Assembly: GCA_036558325.1 (NCBI GenBank)
Contig: DATBFU010000061.1
Location: forward strand, 13,604-77,603
DNA: 64,000 nucleotides
Source of the DNA: Thermoanaerobaculia bacterium
GTDB lineage: Bacteria; Acidobacteriota; Thermoanaerobaculia; UBA5066; Gp7-AA6
Reading direction: 5' to 3'
Made by a program: the position numbers and the translations under genes. The notes below the pieces were generated by a model. It was not told where the DNA came from. It saw only the letters and a program-made list of their open reading frames with translations, and searched no databases. This document shows positions 18,096-27,513 of the stretch, in pieces; within the stretch, counting starts at the first letter, position 1, and each line of letters begins with the position of its first letter.

Positions 18096-18565
18096 GACTT
18101 CTTTTCGACCGGCGCCGCACCGGACGCGGCCCGATGGATCGCGGCGCGGATGCGCTGGTAGGTGCCGCAGCGGCAGATGTTGCCGGACATCGCCGCGTCG
18201 ATGTCGTCGTCCGTCGGACGCGCGCGGGCCTTCAAGAGCGCCGCCGCGGCCATCACCTGTCCGGGCTGGCAATAGCCGCACTGCGGCACGTCCTCGGCGA
18301 CCCAGGCTTCCTCGACCACCCGCCAGGGTCCGTCGGGAAGGCCTTCGATCGTCGTGATCGCCTTCCCCTGAACGGAAGAAACCGGCGCGACGCAGGAGCG
18401 GCGGGCAAGGCCGTCCACGTGGACCGTACAGGCCCCGCAGAGCGCCATCCCGCAGCCGTACTTCGTTCCGGTCAGGCCGAGGTCCTCCCGCAGCACCCAC
18501 AGGAGGGGCGTGTCGGGATGCACGTCCAGCCGATGCCGTTTCCCGTTGACCTGCAGCTCGATCAT
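18092..18565 (-). CDS. (2Fe-2S)-binding small subunit (IorA/CoxS-like)
   Basis: 157 aa with the cysteine patterns [11 protein letters not shown] and CGYCQPG...CRCGTY, typical of the two [2Fe-2S] clusters. Confidence 0.9.
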   Translation of the reverse strand: MIELQVNGKRHRLDVHPDTPLLWVLREDLGLTGTKYGCGMALCGACTVHVDGLARRSCVAPVSSVQGKAITTIEGLPDGPWRVVEEAWVAEDVPQCGYCQPGQVMAAAALLKARARPTDDDIDAAMSGNICRCGTYQRIRAAIHRAASGAAPVEKKS

Positions 18566-18661
18566 TCGGCCCTCCCCCCGATACCGTCCCTCATACTCCT
18601 CGACGCGATTCTTGTCGAGGTCCGCGCTAGGATTCCGGCAGCGCTCCGACGGAGTCTGATC

Positions 18662-19885
18662 ATGCCCTGCTCAAGGCTTCTCGCTGTCTCGGTCGTGATC
18701 GCTCTCCCCGCGCTGGCCGCGGCGCAGGCGCCCGCGCCTCCGACGCCGGCGCCGCCATCCCCGCCGTCGGCGAGCGAGAACGTCCGCGTGACGCTCGTGC
18801 AGGTGCCCGTCACGGTCGTGGACGGCGACGGTCGATTCGTTCCCGACCTCAAGGCCGCGGACTTCGAGGTGCGCGAGGATGGAAGAAAGATCGCGCTCGA
18901 TTCCGTCGACGTCATCCTCTATCCGCGCCGCCGGCCGGAAGACGCCGGCGCCGCCGCGGCCGAGCCGGACCCCGAGGTCTCGACCGCCGCCGGCGTCCGG
19001 AAGTTTCTGCTCCTCTTCGACCGCACCTTCGCGACCCAGGCGGAGATCCAGCGGGCGTTGCCCGCCGCGGCGCGATTCGTGCGCGAGCAGATGGGCGACT
19101 ACGATTCCGCCGCGATCGCCGTGATGTCGGCCGGCGGCGGCCTGACCGTGGCCCAGAAGTTCACGCCCGACCGGGCGCGGCTCGCGGAGATCCTCGAGCG
19201 CGACACTCCGAGCGACGCGTGGGACAAGACGACGGCGCCCTCGGAGAACGCCAGCGAGAAGACGCCCCAGGACGTCCGGACGAGTCTCGCTCAGGACCAC
19301 GCGCGGTACCGGACCCAGCTCGCATCCCGCCAGATCAGTCAGCTTGGAAAGCTGGCCGCGGCGCTCGAGACCGTCCCGGGGCGAAAGTACGTCGTTCTCT
19401 TCTCGCACGGCTTCGAGCCCGAGCTCCTTTCCGGCTCGACACAGATGCCGGCCGAGCCGCGCAACCTTCAAACGGATCCCTGGGGCGACACCGATACGTT
19501 CGGCGACACCGGCCTGCGCGCCGAGCTCGACGAGATGGTCAAGGCGTGCCGCAAGCACGACGCCGTCATCTACGCGATCGACGTGGGCGGCGTGGCCGCC
19601 GATATCGCGCAGAGTCTCGACAAACGCGTCGGGCCGTTCGGCCGGACCCGCGAGTCGCTCGCAGCGATCGCGCGCGGCACCGGCGGCAAGCTCTTGATGG
19701 ATTCGAACGAGTACACGCCGCTGCTCGAGCAGCTGATGCAAGAGACGCGGGGGATCTATCTGCTGAACTTCGCGCCGACGTCGCCCGGCACGCCGGGGCG
19801 GTTCCATCCGTTGAAGGTCAAGGTCGCGCGCCGCAAGATCGACGTCTTCGTGCGGACCGGGTATTTCGAGCCGATGCCGCGGTGA
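18662..19885 (+). CDS. VWA domain-containing protein (acidobacterial VWFA-related type), exported
   Basis: The start is the ATG at 18662, followed by a signal peptide. The N-terminal block is [32 protein letters not shown]. The VWA-like core includes FLLLFDRT and VIYAIDVGG. Confidence 0.8.
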   Translation: MPCSRLLAVSVVIALPALAAAQAPAPPTPAPPSPPSASENVRVTLVQVPVTVVDGDGRFVPDLKAADFEVREDGRKIALDSVDVILYPRRRPEDAGAAAAEPDPEVSTAAGVRKFLLLFDRTFATQAEIQRALPAAARFVREQMGDYDSAAIAVMSAGGGLTVAQKFTPDRARLAEILERDTPSDAWDKTTAPSENASEKTPQDVRTSLAQDHARYRTQLASRQISQLGKLAAALETVPGRKYVVLFSHGFEPELLSGSTQMPAEPRNLQTDPWGDTDTFGDTGLRAELDEMVKACRKHDAVIYAIDVGGVAADIAQSLDKRVGPFGRTRESLAAIARGTGGKLLMDSNEYTPLLEQLMQETRGIYLLNFAPTSPGTPGRFHPLKVKVARRKIDVFVRTGYFEPMPR

Positions 19886-19890
19886 CTCCT

Positions 19891-20013
19891 GTCATCCCGA
19901 GCGGTAGCGAGGGATCCCGAACTCGGCAGGCCCTGAGCCGGACGGCATCTTTGGCGGCATCCGTGGCGAGAAGCTCGGGATCCCTCGTCGTGGACTCCTC
20001 GGAATGCGGTGAC
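19891..20013. repeat. palindromic intergenic element, copy 1 (family GTCATCCCGAG ... GGGATCCCGA ... TCGGGATCCC ... CTCGG(G/A)ATG)
   Basis: gtcatcccgagcggtagcgagggatcccgaactcggcag ... aagctcgggatccctcgtcgtggactcctcggaatg. It has internal inverted repeats and is closely similar to the copies at 53720-53855 and 58645-58795. Confidence 0.7.
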
Positions 20014-20029
20014 CCGAAGGCGGGTCACC
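20008..20029. terminator. 9-bp GC hairpin between convergent genes (possible bidirectional terminator)
   Basis: ggtgacccg-aagg-cgggtcacc. It overlaps the stop codon of the amidohydrolase gene (20025-20027). No T-tract follows, so the terminator role is tentative. Confidence 0.4.
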
Positions 20030-21320
20030 GCACCTCGTTCTTGAACACCGCGCCGTCTTTCATGACGAACCCGACGTGCTCGAGGACCTTCACGTCCTGG
20101 AGCGGGTCCCCGCTCACGGCCACGACGTCGGCGTAGGCCCCGGGCGCCACGACGCCCGCGTCGCCGACGAGCCCCAGGAGCTCTGCGGCTTTCGACGTCG
20201 CCGCCTGGATCGCCGCCATCGGCGTCATGCCGAACTCCACCATCCGCGAGAACTCCGCCGCGATCGGATCGCTCCACGAGAACCCGCCGACGTCCGTGCC
20301 GAACGCGATCTTGATGCCGGCCTGCACCGCCTTGCGCAGCGACGGGCCGTGGACCGCCGCGCGCTTGCGGTCGAGCGTCCCCTGCGCCGTGCCCTCCGGG
20401 GCCCAGTGGTCGTAGTAGACGTTCATCGTCGGTACGAGCCACGTGCCCTGCCGCACCATCTGCGCCACCGCGGCGTCGTCGAGCTCGAGCCCGTGCTCGA
20501 TCGAGTCGCAGCCGCCATCGAGGCCGCGGTGAAGCCCGATGCCGTTGTAGGCGTGGCAGGCCACCTTCTTCCCCCAGCCGTGCGTCTCGTCCACGATGGC
20601 CTTGATCTCCTCGAGCGTGAGCGTCGGCTGCGAGACGAGGTTGCCCTGCTTGTCCACCCACGAGCGGTGCGTCATGTACACCTTGATCCAGTCCGCGCCG
20701 TTGTCGAGCTGCTCCCGCGCCGCCTTGCGCGCCTCGACGGGCCCGTCCACGATCTGCGCGCCTTTGGGCACGACGACGCCCGGCGCGTAACCCTCGAGCG
20801 GATAGCCGCCCGTCGTCGAGATCGCGCGCGTCACGACGAACATCCGCGGTCCCGGGATGTACCCGCCTTCGATCGCCTGCTTGATCCCGACGTCGCCGTA
20901 GCCGGCGCCCTCGGTCTCGACATCGCGGATCGTCGTGAAGCCCTGCTCGAGCGCCCGCCGCGCCGCGAGGCTTGCGCGCACGGCCCGGAAGGCGATCCCC
21001 TGCTTCAAAAGCTGCACGTCGTAGCCGCCCTCGGCCGGATCCTCGCCCTGGAGAAAGATGTGCGTGTGGCAGTCGATGAGGCCCGGCAGAACCGTCGCCC
21101 GCGAGAGATCCACGACGCGCGCGCCCTCCGGAATCCGCGTGGAGGCCGCATCGCCGACGGCCTCGATCCGGTGGCCGCGGATCACGATCACCTGGTCGCG
21201 CCGCGGCGCGGGGGACTTTCCGTCGATGAGGACGCCGGCGCGGATCGCCGTGACCTCCTCCCCGACGCCGGGCGCCGCGAGCAGAGACACGCCGAGCAGG
21301 ACCGCCAGGGGACGCATCAT
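20025..21320 (-). CDS. amidohydrolase family metallo-hydrolase (imidazolonepropionase/Xaa-Pro dipeptidase-like), exported
   Basis: 431 aa, with a GAAGGAGG SD before the ATG at 21320 and a signal peptide. It has the HxH metal motif (LIDCHTHIF), plus later H and D ligand contexts (ACHAYN, FGTDVG). Confidence 0.85.
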   Translation of the reverse strand: MMRPLAVLLGVSLLAAPGVGEEVTAIRAGVLIDGKSPAPRRDQVIVIRGHRIEAVGDAASTRIPEGARVVDLSRATVLPGLIDCHTHIFLQGEDPAEGGYDVQLLKQGIAFRAVRASLAARRALEQGFTTIRDVETEGAGYGDVGIKQAIEGGYIPGPRMFVVTRAISTTGGYPLEGYAPGVVVPKGAQIVDGPVEARKAAREQLDNGADWIKVYMTHRSWVDKQGNLVSQPTLTLEEIKAIVDETHGWGKKVACHAYNGIGLHRGLDGGCDSIEHGLELDDAAVAQMVRQGTWLVPTMNVYYDHWAPEGTAQGTLDRKRAAVHGPSLRKAVQAGIKIAFGTDVGGFSWSDPIAAEFSRMVEFGMTPMAAIQAATSKAAELLGLVGDAGVVAPGAYADVVAVSGDPLQDVKVLEHVGFVMKDGAVFKNEVR

Positions 21321-21491
21321 CGGGAGACCTCCTTCATGCTCGAGAAGCTCGCCGGGAGCCTAACGGAAATGAGCCGCCCGCACGCGTCCGCGGGCCGCGG
21401 AACCCTCCAGACGGCTCCTTCGGCCCTCTCCCGCGCAAGTTCGCGAAACTTGCCGGCCGGTCCGAACGTAAGATCCGCGAGGAGAAACCCC

Positions 21492-24400
21492 ATGAAAAGG
21501 GCCTCGTTCTGCGCCGCGGCGCTCGCCGGACTGCTCGTCGCCCATCGGGCCGCTGCCGATGGCGGTCCCGACGGCTTCTACCGCTACCCCTCGATCGGAG
21601 GCGGCGTCATCGTCTTCGCCTCCGAAGGCGATCTCTGGCGCGTCCCGGCCGCGGGAGGGGTCGCGGAGCGGATGACCGCCCACGAGGGCGATGAGAAATT
21701 CCCGCGCGTATCCGCCGACGGAAAGCTCGTGGCCTTCACGGCGCAGTACGACGGCAACGACGAGGTCTACGTCATGCCGATGTCGGGCGGCGAGCCGCGC
21801 CGGCTGACCTTCCACCCGATGCCCGACCAGACGCTCGGCTGGACGCCCGACGGAAAGATCCTCTTCCGCAGCCGGCGCGACCATCCGCACGCCGACTTCC
21901 GCGTCTACACCGTCGATCCGGCGGGCGGCATCCCGAAGCTCATCCCGCTCGAGCCGGCCGCGTGGCTCGCGTTCGAGCCGAACGGTCCGCGGCTCGCGCT
22001 TCAGAAGATGGGGCTCGAGTTCCACAACTGGAAGCGCTACAAGGGCGGCGAGGCCGAGAAGATCTACGTCGGCACCCTCTCGCCCCTCGCGTTCGACCAG
22101 GGCACCGCCTACGACGGCAAGAGCGCCTTTCCGATGTGGGCCTCCGACGGGCGCATCTACTTCGTGACCGACCGCTGGGGGCGTCCGAACCTCGCCTCGA
22201 TGAAGCCGGACGGCTCGGACGTCAAACGGCTCACGAGCTTCTCCGACTACGACGTGCGGTGGCCCTCCATGGGCGACGGCAAGATCGTCTACCAGCACGC
22301 GGCCGACCTCTGGCTCTACGATCTGGCGACCGGAAAGAACGCGCTCGTTCCGGTGCAGCTCCCGAGCGACCGGATCCAGGTACGCGAGCGCTTCGTGGAT
22401 CCCAAGGCGAACATCGGAAGCTTCGCGCTCTCGAAGGACGGCGAGCGCATCACGATCGAGACGCGCGGCGACGTCTTCGTGACGCGCACGAAGAAGAAGG
22501 GACTGGTGCGCCGCCTGACGGAGTCGAGCCTCGCGCGAACCAAGGACCCGGTCTTCTCGCCCGATGGCAAGTGGGTCGCCGCCTGGTCGGAGGCGGACGG
22601 CGAGGAACAGCTCCTCCTCTTCTCCTCCGACAACAGCGCGCCGTCGCGGCAGCTCGGCAAGGTCGACCCGGCCTGGCACTTCAGCCCCGTCTTCTCGCCG
22701 GACGGCAAGAGGCTCGCCTGGTCCGACATGACGCTCCACATCGCCGTGACCGACGTCGCGAGCGGGACGACCTCGCCCGTCGACACCGCGGACTGGGAAA
22801 CGACGCAGTACACCTGGTCGCCCGACAGCCGCTACCTCGCCTACTCGGCCCCTCTCTCCAACGAGTTCACGCAGGTCCGCGTCTGGGACGGCCAGACGAA
22901 GACGGTCCACGCGATCTCGGACCCGATGGTCAACTCGTTTTCGGCGGCGTGGGATCCGAAGGGCAAATTCCTCTACTACCTCTCGGACCGCTTCGTGAAC
23001 CCCTACCTCGACCGGTGGGAAGCGCGCTACATCGTCAACCAGGCGACGCTTCCCGTCGTCGTGGCGCTGCAGGGGGACACGAAGCTGCCGTTCGCGGCGC
23101 GGGGCGACAGCGATCCGAAGGAGGAAAAGAAAGACGAGGCCAAGGACGACAAGAAAGCCGCCGACGCGAGGGACAAGGACAAGGACAAGGCGAAGACGGA
23201 TTCGGACAAAGACGACAAGGCCGCGCCGATCCGCATCGACTTCGACGGAATCGCCGAACGGATCGTGGAGGTCCCCGTTGCCCCCGGCAATTACGACGGC
23301 CTCGCCGCGAGCCCGGGCCGGCTCCACTGGGTCTCCTTCGAGAATCGCGGCATGCAGCCTCCCGACGACGGCGACGGCCCGCGCGGCGGAACGCTCCAGA
23401 CCTACGACCTCGAGAAGGAGAAGCTCTCGACGATCTCCCCCGGAGTCCTCGGGTACGACCTCTCGGGCGACCGAAAGGTCATCGTCTTCCAGACGAAGGA
23501 GGGCTTCACGCGGGTCGGCGCCGACGCGACGAGCGCTCCGAAGCCCGAGCCGGGCGAGGCGGACGACTCGAAGATCGACCTCTCGGGCTGGTCGCTCAAG
23601 GTCAATCCGCGGGAGGAGTGGAAGCAGATGCTGCGCGAGGCGTGGCGGCTGCAGCGGGACTTCTTCTACGACCCCGCGATGCACGGCGTCGACTGGCCGG
23701 GCGTCTGGAAGCAGTACGGCGCGCTCGCCGACCGCATGGCGACGCGCGACGACCTCGAGGACATGCTCGGCGAGATGCTCGGCGAGCTGTCGGTCGGCCA
23801 CGCGTACCACTTCGGCGGCGACGTCCGGCGCGGCAAGTCGGTCGGCACGGGCCTGCTCGCCGCGGATCTCGAGCCCGACGCGGCGACCGGCTTCTGGCAG
23901 ATCAAGAAGATCTATCGCGGCGACTATCCGGACCCCGAGTGGAGCTCGCCGCTCGCGCGCGCGGACCTGCGGATCAAGCCGGGTCAATGGCTCGTCGCGA
24001 TCGACGGCGTGCCGCTGCAGAAGGGTCAGGACTATCTCGCGCGCCTCGCGAATCGCGCCGGCCAGGAGGTCGAGCTCTCGATCAGCGATACGCCGAAGAT
24101 CGAAGGCGCGCGCCGCGTCGTCGTCAAGACCGTCCCGTCGGATACGCGCATCCGCTACGCCGACTGGATCCGCGAGACGCGCGCTTTCGTGGACAAGGCG
24201 TCCAACGGTCAGATCGGCTACCTCCATCTCTACGACATGGGCGGCCTCGGCTTGAAACAGTTCTCGCGCGACTACCCGCCGCAGTGGAACAAGCGCGGGC
24301 TCATCGTCGACGACCGCTGGAATCACGGCGGGTTCGTGGCTCCGATGATCCTCGCGCACCTCGACCGCAAGATGCTCGCCGTCGGATCGTCGCGGCGCGG

Positions 24401-24827
24401 CCTCTACTCGACCACGCCCGACCGCGCCTTCCACGGCTACATGGTCTGCCTCATCAACCGCCAGGGCGGCAGCGACTGCGAGACGCTGGCGCAGGGGTTC
24501 AAGGACTTCGGCCTCGGCCCGGTCGTCGGCACGCGCACGTGGGGAGGCTGGGTCGGGATCCGGGGCGACAAGACGTTCCGCGACGGCGGCTTGACGACGC
24601 AGCCCGAAGGCGGCGGCTGGGACCCGAAGGGCAAGGTGTGGCTCATCGAGGGACACGGCGTCGATCCGGACGTCGTGCTCGATCTGCCGCCCGACGGCTT
24701 CCTCTCGGGCAAGGACGCGCAGATCGACTACGCGATCAAGGATCTGCTCGCGAAGATCGCGAAAGACCCGAAAGACCTCGCGCCGAAGCCGGCGATCCTG
24801 GCGCGCCCGCTGGTGACGACGCAATAA
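21492..24827 (+). CDS. tricorn protease homologue (S41 family, beta-propellers + PDZ + C-terminal peptidase), exported
   Basis: The ATG at 21492 follows GAGGAG, and a signal peptide is present. The N-terminal block YRYPSIGGGVIVFASEGDLWRVPAAGG and the repeated SPDG/PD40 blades are typical of tricorn. The C-terminal S41 blocks are GLIVDDRWNHGG and INRQGGSDCE. Confidence 0.85.
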   Translation: MKRASFCAAALAGLLVAHRAAADGGPDGFYRYPSIGGGVIVFASEGDLWRVPAAGGVAERMTAHEGDEKFPRVSADGKLVAFTAQYDGNDEVYVMPMSGGEPRRLTFHPMPDQTLGWTPDGKILFRSRRDHPHADFRVYTVDPAGGIPKLIPLEPAAWLAFEPNGPRLALQKMGLEFHNWKRYKGGEAEKIYVGTLSPLAFDQGTAYDGKSAFPMWASDGRIYFVTDRWGRPNLASMKPDGSDVKRLTSFSDYDVRWPSMGDGKIVYQHAADLWLYDLATGKNALVPVQLPSDRIQVRERFVDPKANIGSFALSKDGERITIETRGDVFVTRTKKKGLVRRLTESSLARTKDPVFSPDGKWVAAWSEADGEEQLLLFSSDNSAPSRQLGKVDPAWHFSPVFSPDGKRLAWSDMTLHIAVTDVASGTTSPVDTADWETTQYTWSPDSRYLAYSAPLSNEFTQVRVWDGQTKTVHAISDPMVNSFSAAWDPKGKFLYYLSDRFVNPYLDRWEARYIVNQATLPVVVALQGDTKLPFAARGDSDPKEEKKDEAKDDKKAADARDKDKDKAKTDSDKDDKAAPIRIDFDGIAERIVEVPVAPGNYDGLAASPGRLHWVSFENRGMQPPDDGDGPRGGTLQTYDLEKEKLSTISPGVLGYDLSGDRKVIVFQTKEGFTRVGADATSAPKPEPGEADDSKIDLSGWSLKVNPREEWKQMLREAWRLQRDFFYDPAMHGVDWPGVWKQYGALADRMATRDDLEDMLGEMLGELSVGHAYHFGGDVRRGKSVGTGLLAADLEPDAATGFWQIKKIYRGDYPDPEWSSPLARADLRIKPGQWLVAIDGVPLQKGQDYLARLANRAGQEVELSISDTPKIEGARRVVVKTVPSDTRIRYADWIRETRAFVDKASNGQIGYLHLYDMGGLGLKQFSRDYPPQWNKRGLIVDDRWNHGGFVAPMILAHLDRKMLAVGSSRRGLYSTTPDRAFHGYMVCLINRQGGSDCETLAQGFKDFGLGPVVGTRTWGGWVGIRGDKTFRDGGLTTQPEGGGWDPKGKVWLIEGHGVDPDVVLDLPPDGFLSGKDAQIDYAIKDLLAKIAKDPKDLAPKPAILARPLVTTQ

Positions 24828-24837
24828 GCGTCGAGGG

Positions 24838-27513
24838 TCAGAAGGAGTTCCGCAGCGACTCCGCCGGCTCGATGCGCGAAGCGCGCCATGCCGGACCGTA
24901 GCTCGCCGCGACCGCCGACACGCCGAGCGTTGCGATCACGCCCGCGAGAGTCGCCGGATCCCGGCCGGAAGTCTCGAAGAGGAGCGACGAGAGCACGCTC
25001 GACAGCGCGAGGGCCAGGGGCATGCCGATCGCCAGCCCCAGAAGGACGAGGCGCGCTCCGCCCGCCACCATCATCCGTCGAATAGATTCGGCCGGCGCAC
25101 CGAGGGCCATCCGGATCCCGATCTCCGACCGTCGCTGTCCGACGACGTAGGACATGACGCCGTAGATGCCGGCGGCGGCGAGAAGAAGCGCGATCGCCGC
25201 GAACGTCGCGAGGAGCATCGCGCTGAAGCGCGCGCCGGTCAGCGAGACGCCGATCCAGTCCTCCATCGGACGGGCGTCGCCGAGCGGCTGGTCCTTGTCC
25301 GACTCCGCGACCGCCGCGCGGAGAGGCCCGGCGAGGACGCTCGGATCGTCGCTTCGCAACACGAAGGTCATCCCGCTGTAGGGAAGCTGCGGATGCGGCC
25401 AGTAGGCCATCGGCCGGGTCGCGGCGGTCAGGGTCTCGACCTTGACGTCGCCGACGATTCCGATGACCTCGGTGGGCGCGGGCTTCTCCTCGGCAACGTG
25501 CGCCATCTCGATCGTGACGCGGCGCCCGAGGGCGCCGCCGCGCGGAAAGGCCTTCCGCGCAAAGGCCTCGCTGACGATGACGACGTTCGACCGCGTCCGC
25601 ATTTCGCGCTCGTCGAAGAGCCGGCCTTGGACGAGCGGAATGCGCATCGCCTGGAAGAACCCGTTGTCGCAGACGCGCACGTCGGTGACCGGAGCGCGGC
25701 CGGCCGGCGGCTGCGGCTCCCCGACCACCGTGAAGTCGGTGGCGGCGCCGAGACCCGCGAAAGGCAGAAAGCTCACCATTCCCGCCGCACGAACGCCGGG
25801 GATGGCGCGCGCCCTCGCGGTCACGTCGCGAAAGAAGGCGAGGACCTTCTCGTCGTCCTTGTACGCCGCCCCGTGCAGGATCACGCGCCCGGTGAAGAGG
25901 CCTTCCGAATCGAATCCGGGATCGATCCGCGAAAGGCGCCCGAAGCTCCGGAGCAGGAGGCCGGCGCCGACGAGAAGCACCGCCGCGAGCGCGACCTCCG
26001 CCACGACGAGACCCTGCCGGATGCGGCGAGCGCGTTCTCCGCCGGTCGGCGACCGGGTGCTTTCCTGGAGCGCTTCGCCGACGGCGCCGCGAACGCTCTC
26101 GATCGCCGGCACGATCCCGCTCACGACGGCGGTCACGACGACGGCGACGACCGAAAACAGGAGCACGGGCAGCGAGAGCCGCACGCGAGAGAGAACCGTG
26201 GGATCGACGGGAGACTTTGCGAGGAGGACCACGACGGCGGCCCGCGCGATTCCCCAGCCGGCGGCGCCGCCGAGCAGCGCGAGAAGAAGGGTCTCGGTCA
26301 GGAGCTGGCGCACGACGCGAAACCGTCCGGCGCCGAGCGCGGTGCGGATCGCGATTTCCTGCCGGCGCGCGAGGCCCCGCGCGAGGAGCAGGTTCGCGAC
26401 GTTGACGCAGACGATCACCAGGACGAATCCGACGGCTCCCGAGAGCACGAGGAGCGCGGGGCGCAGGTCGCCCGAGACCTCGTCGCGGATCGGGAAGACC
26501 CGCGCCGTCCATCCCGCGTCGAGGCGAGGCCATTCGACGGCGAGCCGCGCCGCGATCGCCCCGAGCTCCCGGCCCGCCTCCGCGATCGATACGCCGTCCT
26601 TCAGCCGCGCGAAAGCCGAAACGTATCGGCCTCGGGGATCGACCGTCGTGTCCGGATCGAAAGCCATGGGCATCCACAGGTCCGGCGCCTTGCCGACGAG
26701 CGAGCCCGATTTCAGATAGAAGTTGAAGTCGCGCGGAGCGACGCCGATGACTTCGACCGGCCGTCCGTTCACTTGGATCGGTTTGCCGACGATCGCCGGA
26801 TCCCCGCCGAAGAGTCGCTGCCAGACGCCCCACGAGAGGACGGCCACCGCGTCGTGGCCGTCGGGACCCTCGTCCGGTGCGAATCCCCGCCCGATCATCG
26901 GCGCGACGCCGAGCGTGGCGAAGAAGCCCGCCGTCACGTACTGGGCGACGAGCTGCTCCGGGCGAGCACGGCCCGCGAGGCTCACGCGGGTGTCGTAGAG
27001 CGCGGTCATCTTCGAAAAGGACGTCGCGCGCTCTGTCCAGCGGATGAAGTTGGCCGGGCCGACCGTGTTCCGCCGGCCGGGGCGGTCGGCGTTCTCCTCC
27101 CACAGCACGACGAGGCGGTCGGCGTCGCGAAAGGGCAGCCGGGCGATCAGCACGCCGTGGACGATCGTGAAGATCGCCGTCGCTCCCCCGATTCCGACGG
27201 CGAGCATCGCGACCGTCAGGGCGGCGAATCCCGGGTGGCGGGCGATCGCTCGGGCGGCGCCGCGCAGGTCCTGCCGCAGCTCCTGGAGCAGCGGAAATCC
27301 CCTCCGGTCGCGCCACCGCTCCGCCGTCGCGTCGAGTCCGCCCAGACGCAGGATCGCCTGCCTCCGCGCCTCCGTCTCGTCCATGCCCGAGCGGACCTTC
27401 TCGTCGACGTCGAGCGCGATGTGGCTCTCGAGCTCTTCGGTCAGCTCGCGCGCGCGCTTGCCGCCGGGAAACGAGCCGCGGAGGCGCGCCAGAAAGGCGC
27501 GGAGGGATCTCAC
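24838..27513 (-). CDS. duplicated FtsX/MacB-type ABC permease without cognate ATPase (ADOP-type)
   Basis: The GTG start at 27513 overlaps the padR stop (GTGA). The 891-aa protein has two MacB_PCD + FtsX halves, with TM blocks around LTVAMLAVGIGGATAIF and LLATFAAIALLLAAAGIYGV. No ATPase gene is adjacent. Confidence 0.85.
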   Translation of the reverse strand: MRSLRAFLARLRGSFPGGKRARELTEELESHIALDVDEKVRSGMDETEARRQAILRLGGLDATAERWRDRRGFPLLQELRQDLRGAARAIARHPGFAALTVAMLAVGIGGATAIFTIVHGVLIARLPFRDADRLVVLWEENADRPGRRNTVGPANFIRWTERATSFSKMTALYDTRVSLAGRARPEQLVAQYVTAGFFATLGVAPMIGRGFAPDEGPDGHDAVAVLSWGVWQRLFGGDPAIVGKPIQVNGRPVEVIGVAPRDFNFYLKSGSLVGKAPDLWMPMAFDPDTTVDPRGRYVSAFARLKDGVSIAEAGRELGAIAARLAVEWPRLDAGWTARVFPIRDEVSGDLRPALLVLSGAVGFVLVIVCVNVANLLLARGLARRQEIAIRTALGAGRFRVVRQLLTETLLLALLGGAAGWGIARAAVVVLLAKSPVDPTVLSRVRLSLPVLLFSVVAVVVTAVVSGIVPAIESVRGAVGEALQESTRSPTGGERARRIRQGLVVAEVALAAVLLVGAGLLLRSFGRLSRIDPGFDSEGLFTGRVILHGAAYKDDEKVLAFFRDVTARARAIPGVRAAGMVSFLPFAGLGAATDFTVVGEPQPPAGRAPVTDVRVCDNGFFQAMRIPLVQGRLFDEREMRTRSNVVIVSEAFARKAFPRGGALGRRVTIEMAHVAEEKPAPTEVIGIVGDVKVETLTAATRPMAYWPHPQLPYSGMTFVLRSDDPSVLAGPLRAAVAESDKDQPLGDARPMEDWIGVSLTGARFSAMLLATFAAIALLLAAAGIYGVMSYVVGQRRSEIGIRMALGAPAESIRRMMVAGGARLVLLGLAIGMPLALALSSVLSSLLFETSGRDPATLAGVIATLGVSAVAASYGPAWRASRIEPAESLRNSF

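Noticed and set aside
14095-18120. 1341-aa minus-strand ORF spanning the M16 peptidase 3' end through the Moco subunit
   Set aside because: The frame runs antisense to or out of frame with well-supported genes. Its composition is extremely Arg/Gly/Ala/Pro-rich, with no recognisable motifs.
18096-18500. Upstream extension of the Moco-subunit ORF (15945..18500), and likewise 27514..27894 for the ADOP permease
   Set aside because: The extensions run through the 2Fe-2S and PadR genes in other frames. Coupled starts (ATGA/GTGA) followed by the expected Tat leader or N-terminal helix give the correct boundaries.
21360-24824. 1154-aa minus-strand ORF antisense to the tricorn-like protease. Similar long antisense ORFs occur at 9146..11431, 24728..27316, 29287..31899, 33109..35274, 42525..45341, 58700..60889 and 60921..63329.
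   Set aside because: All overlap genes with strong family motifs on the opposite strand or in another frame. They are the expected stop-codon-poor frames of high-GC sequence.
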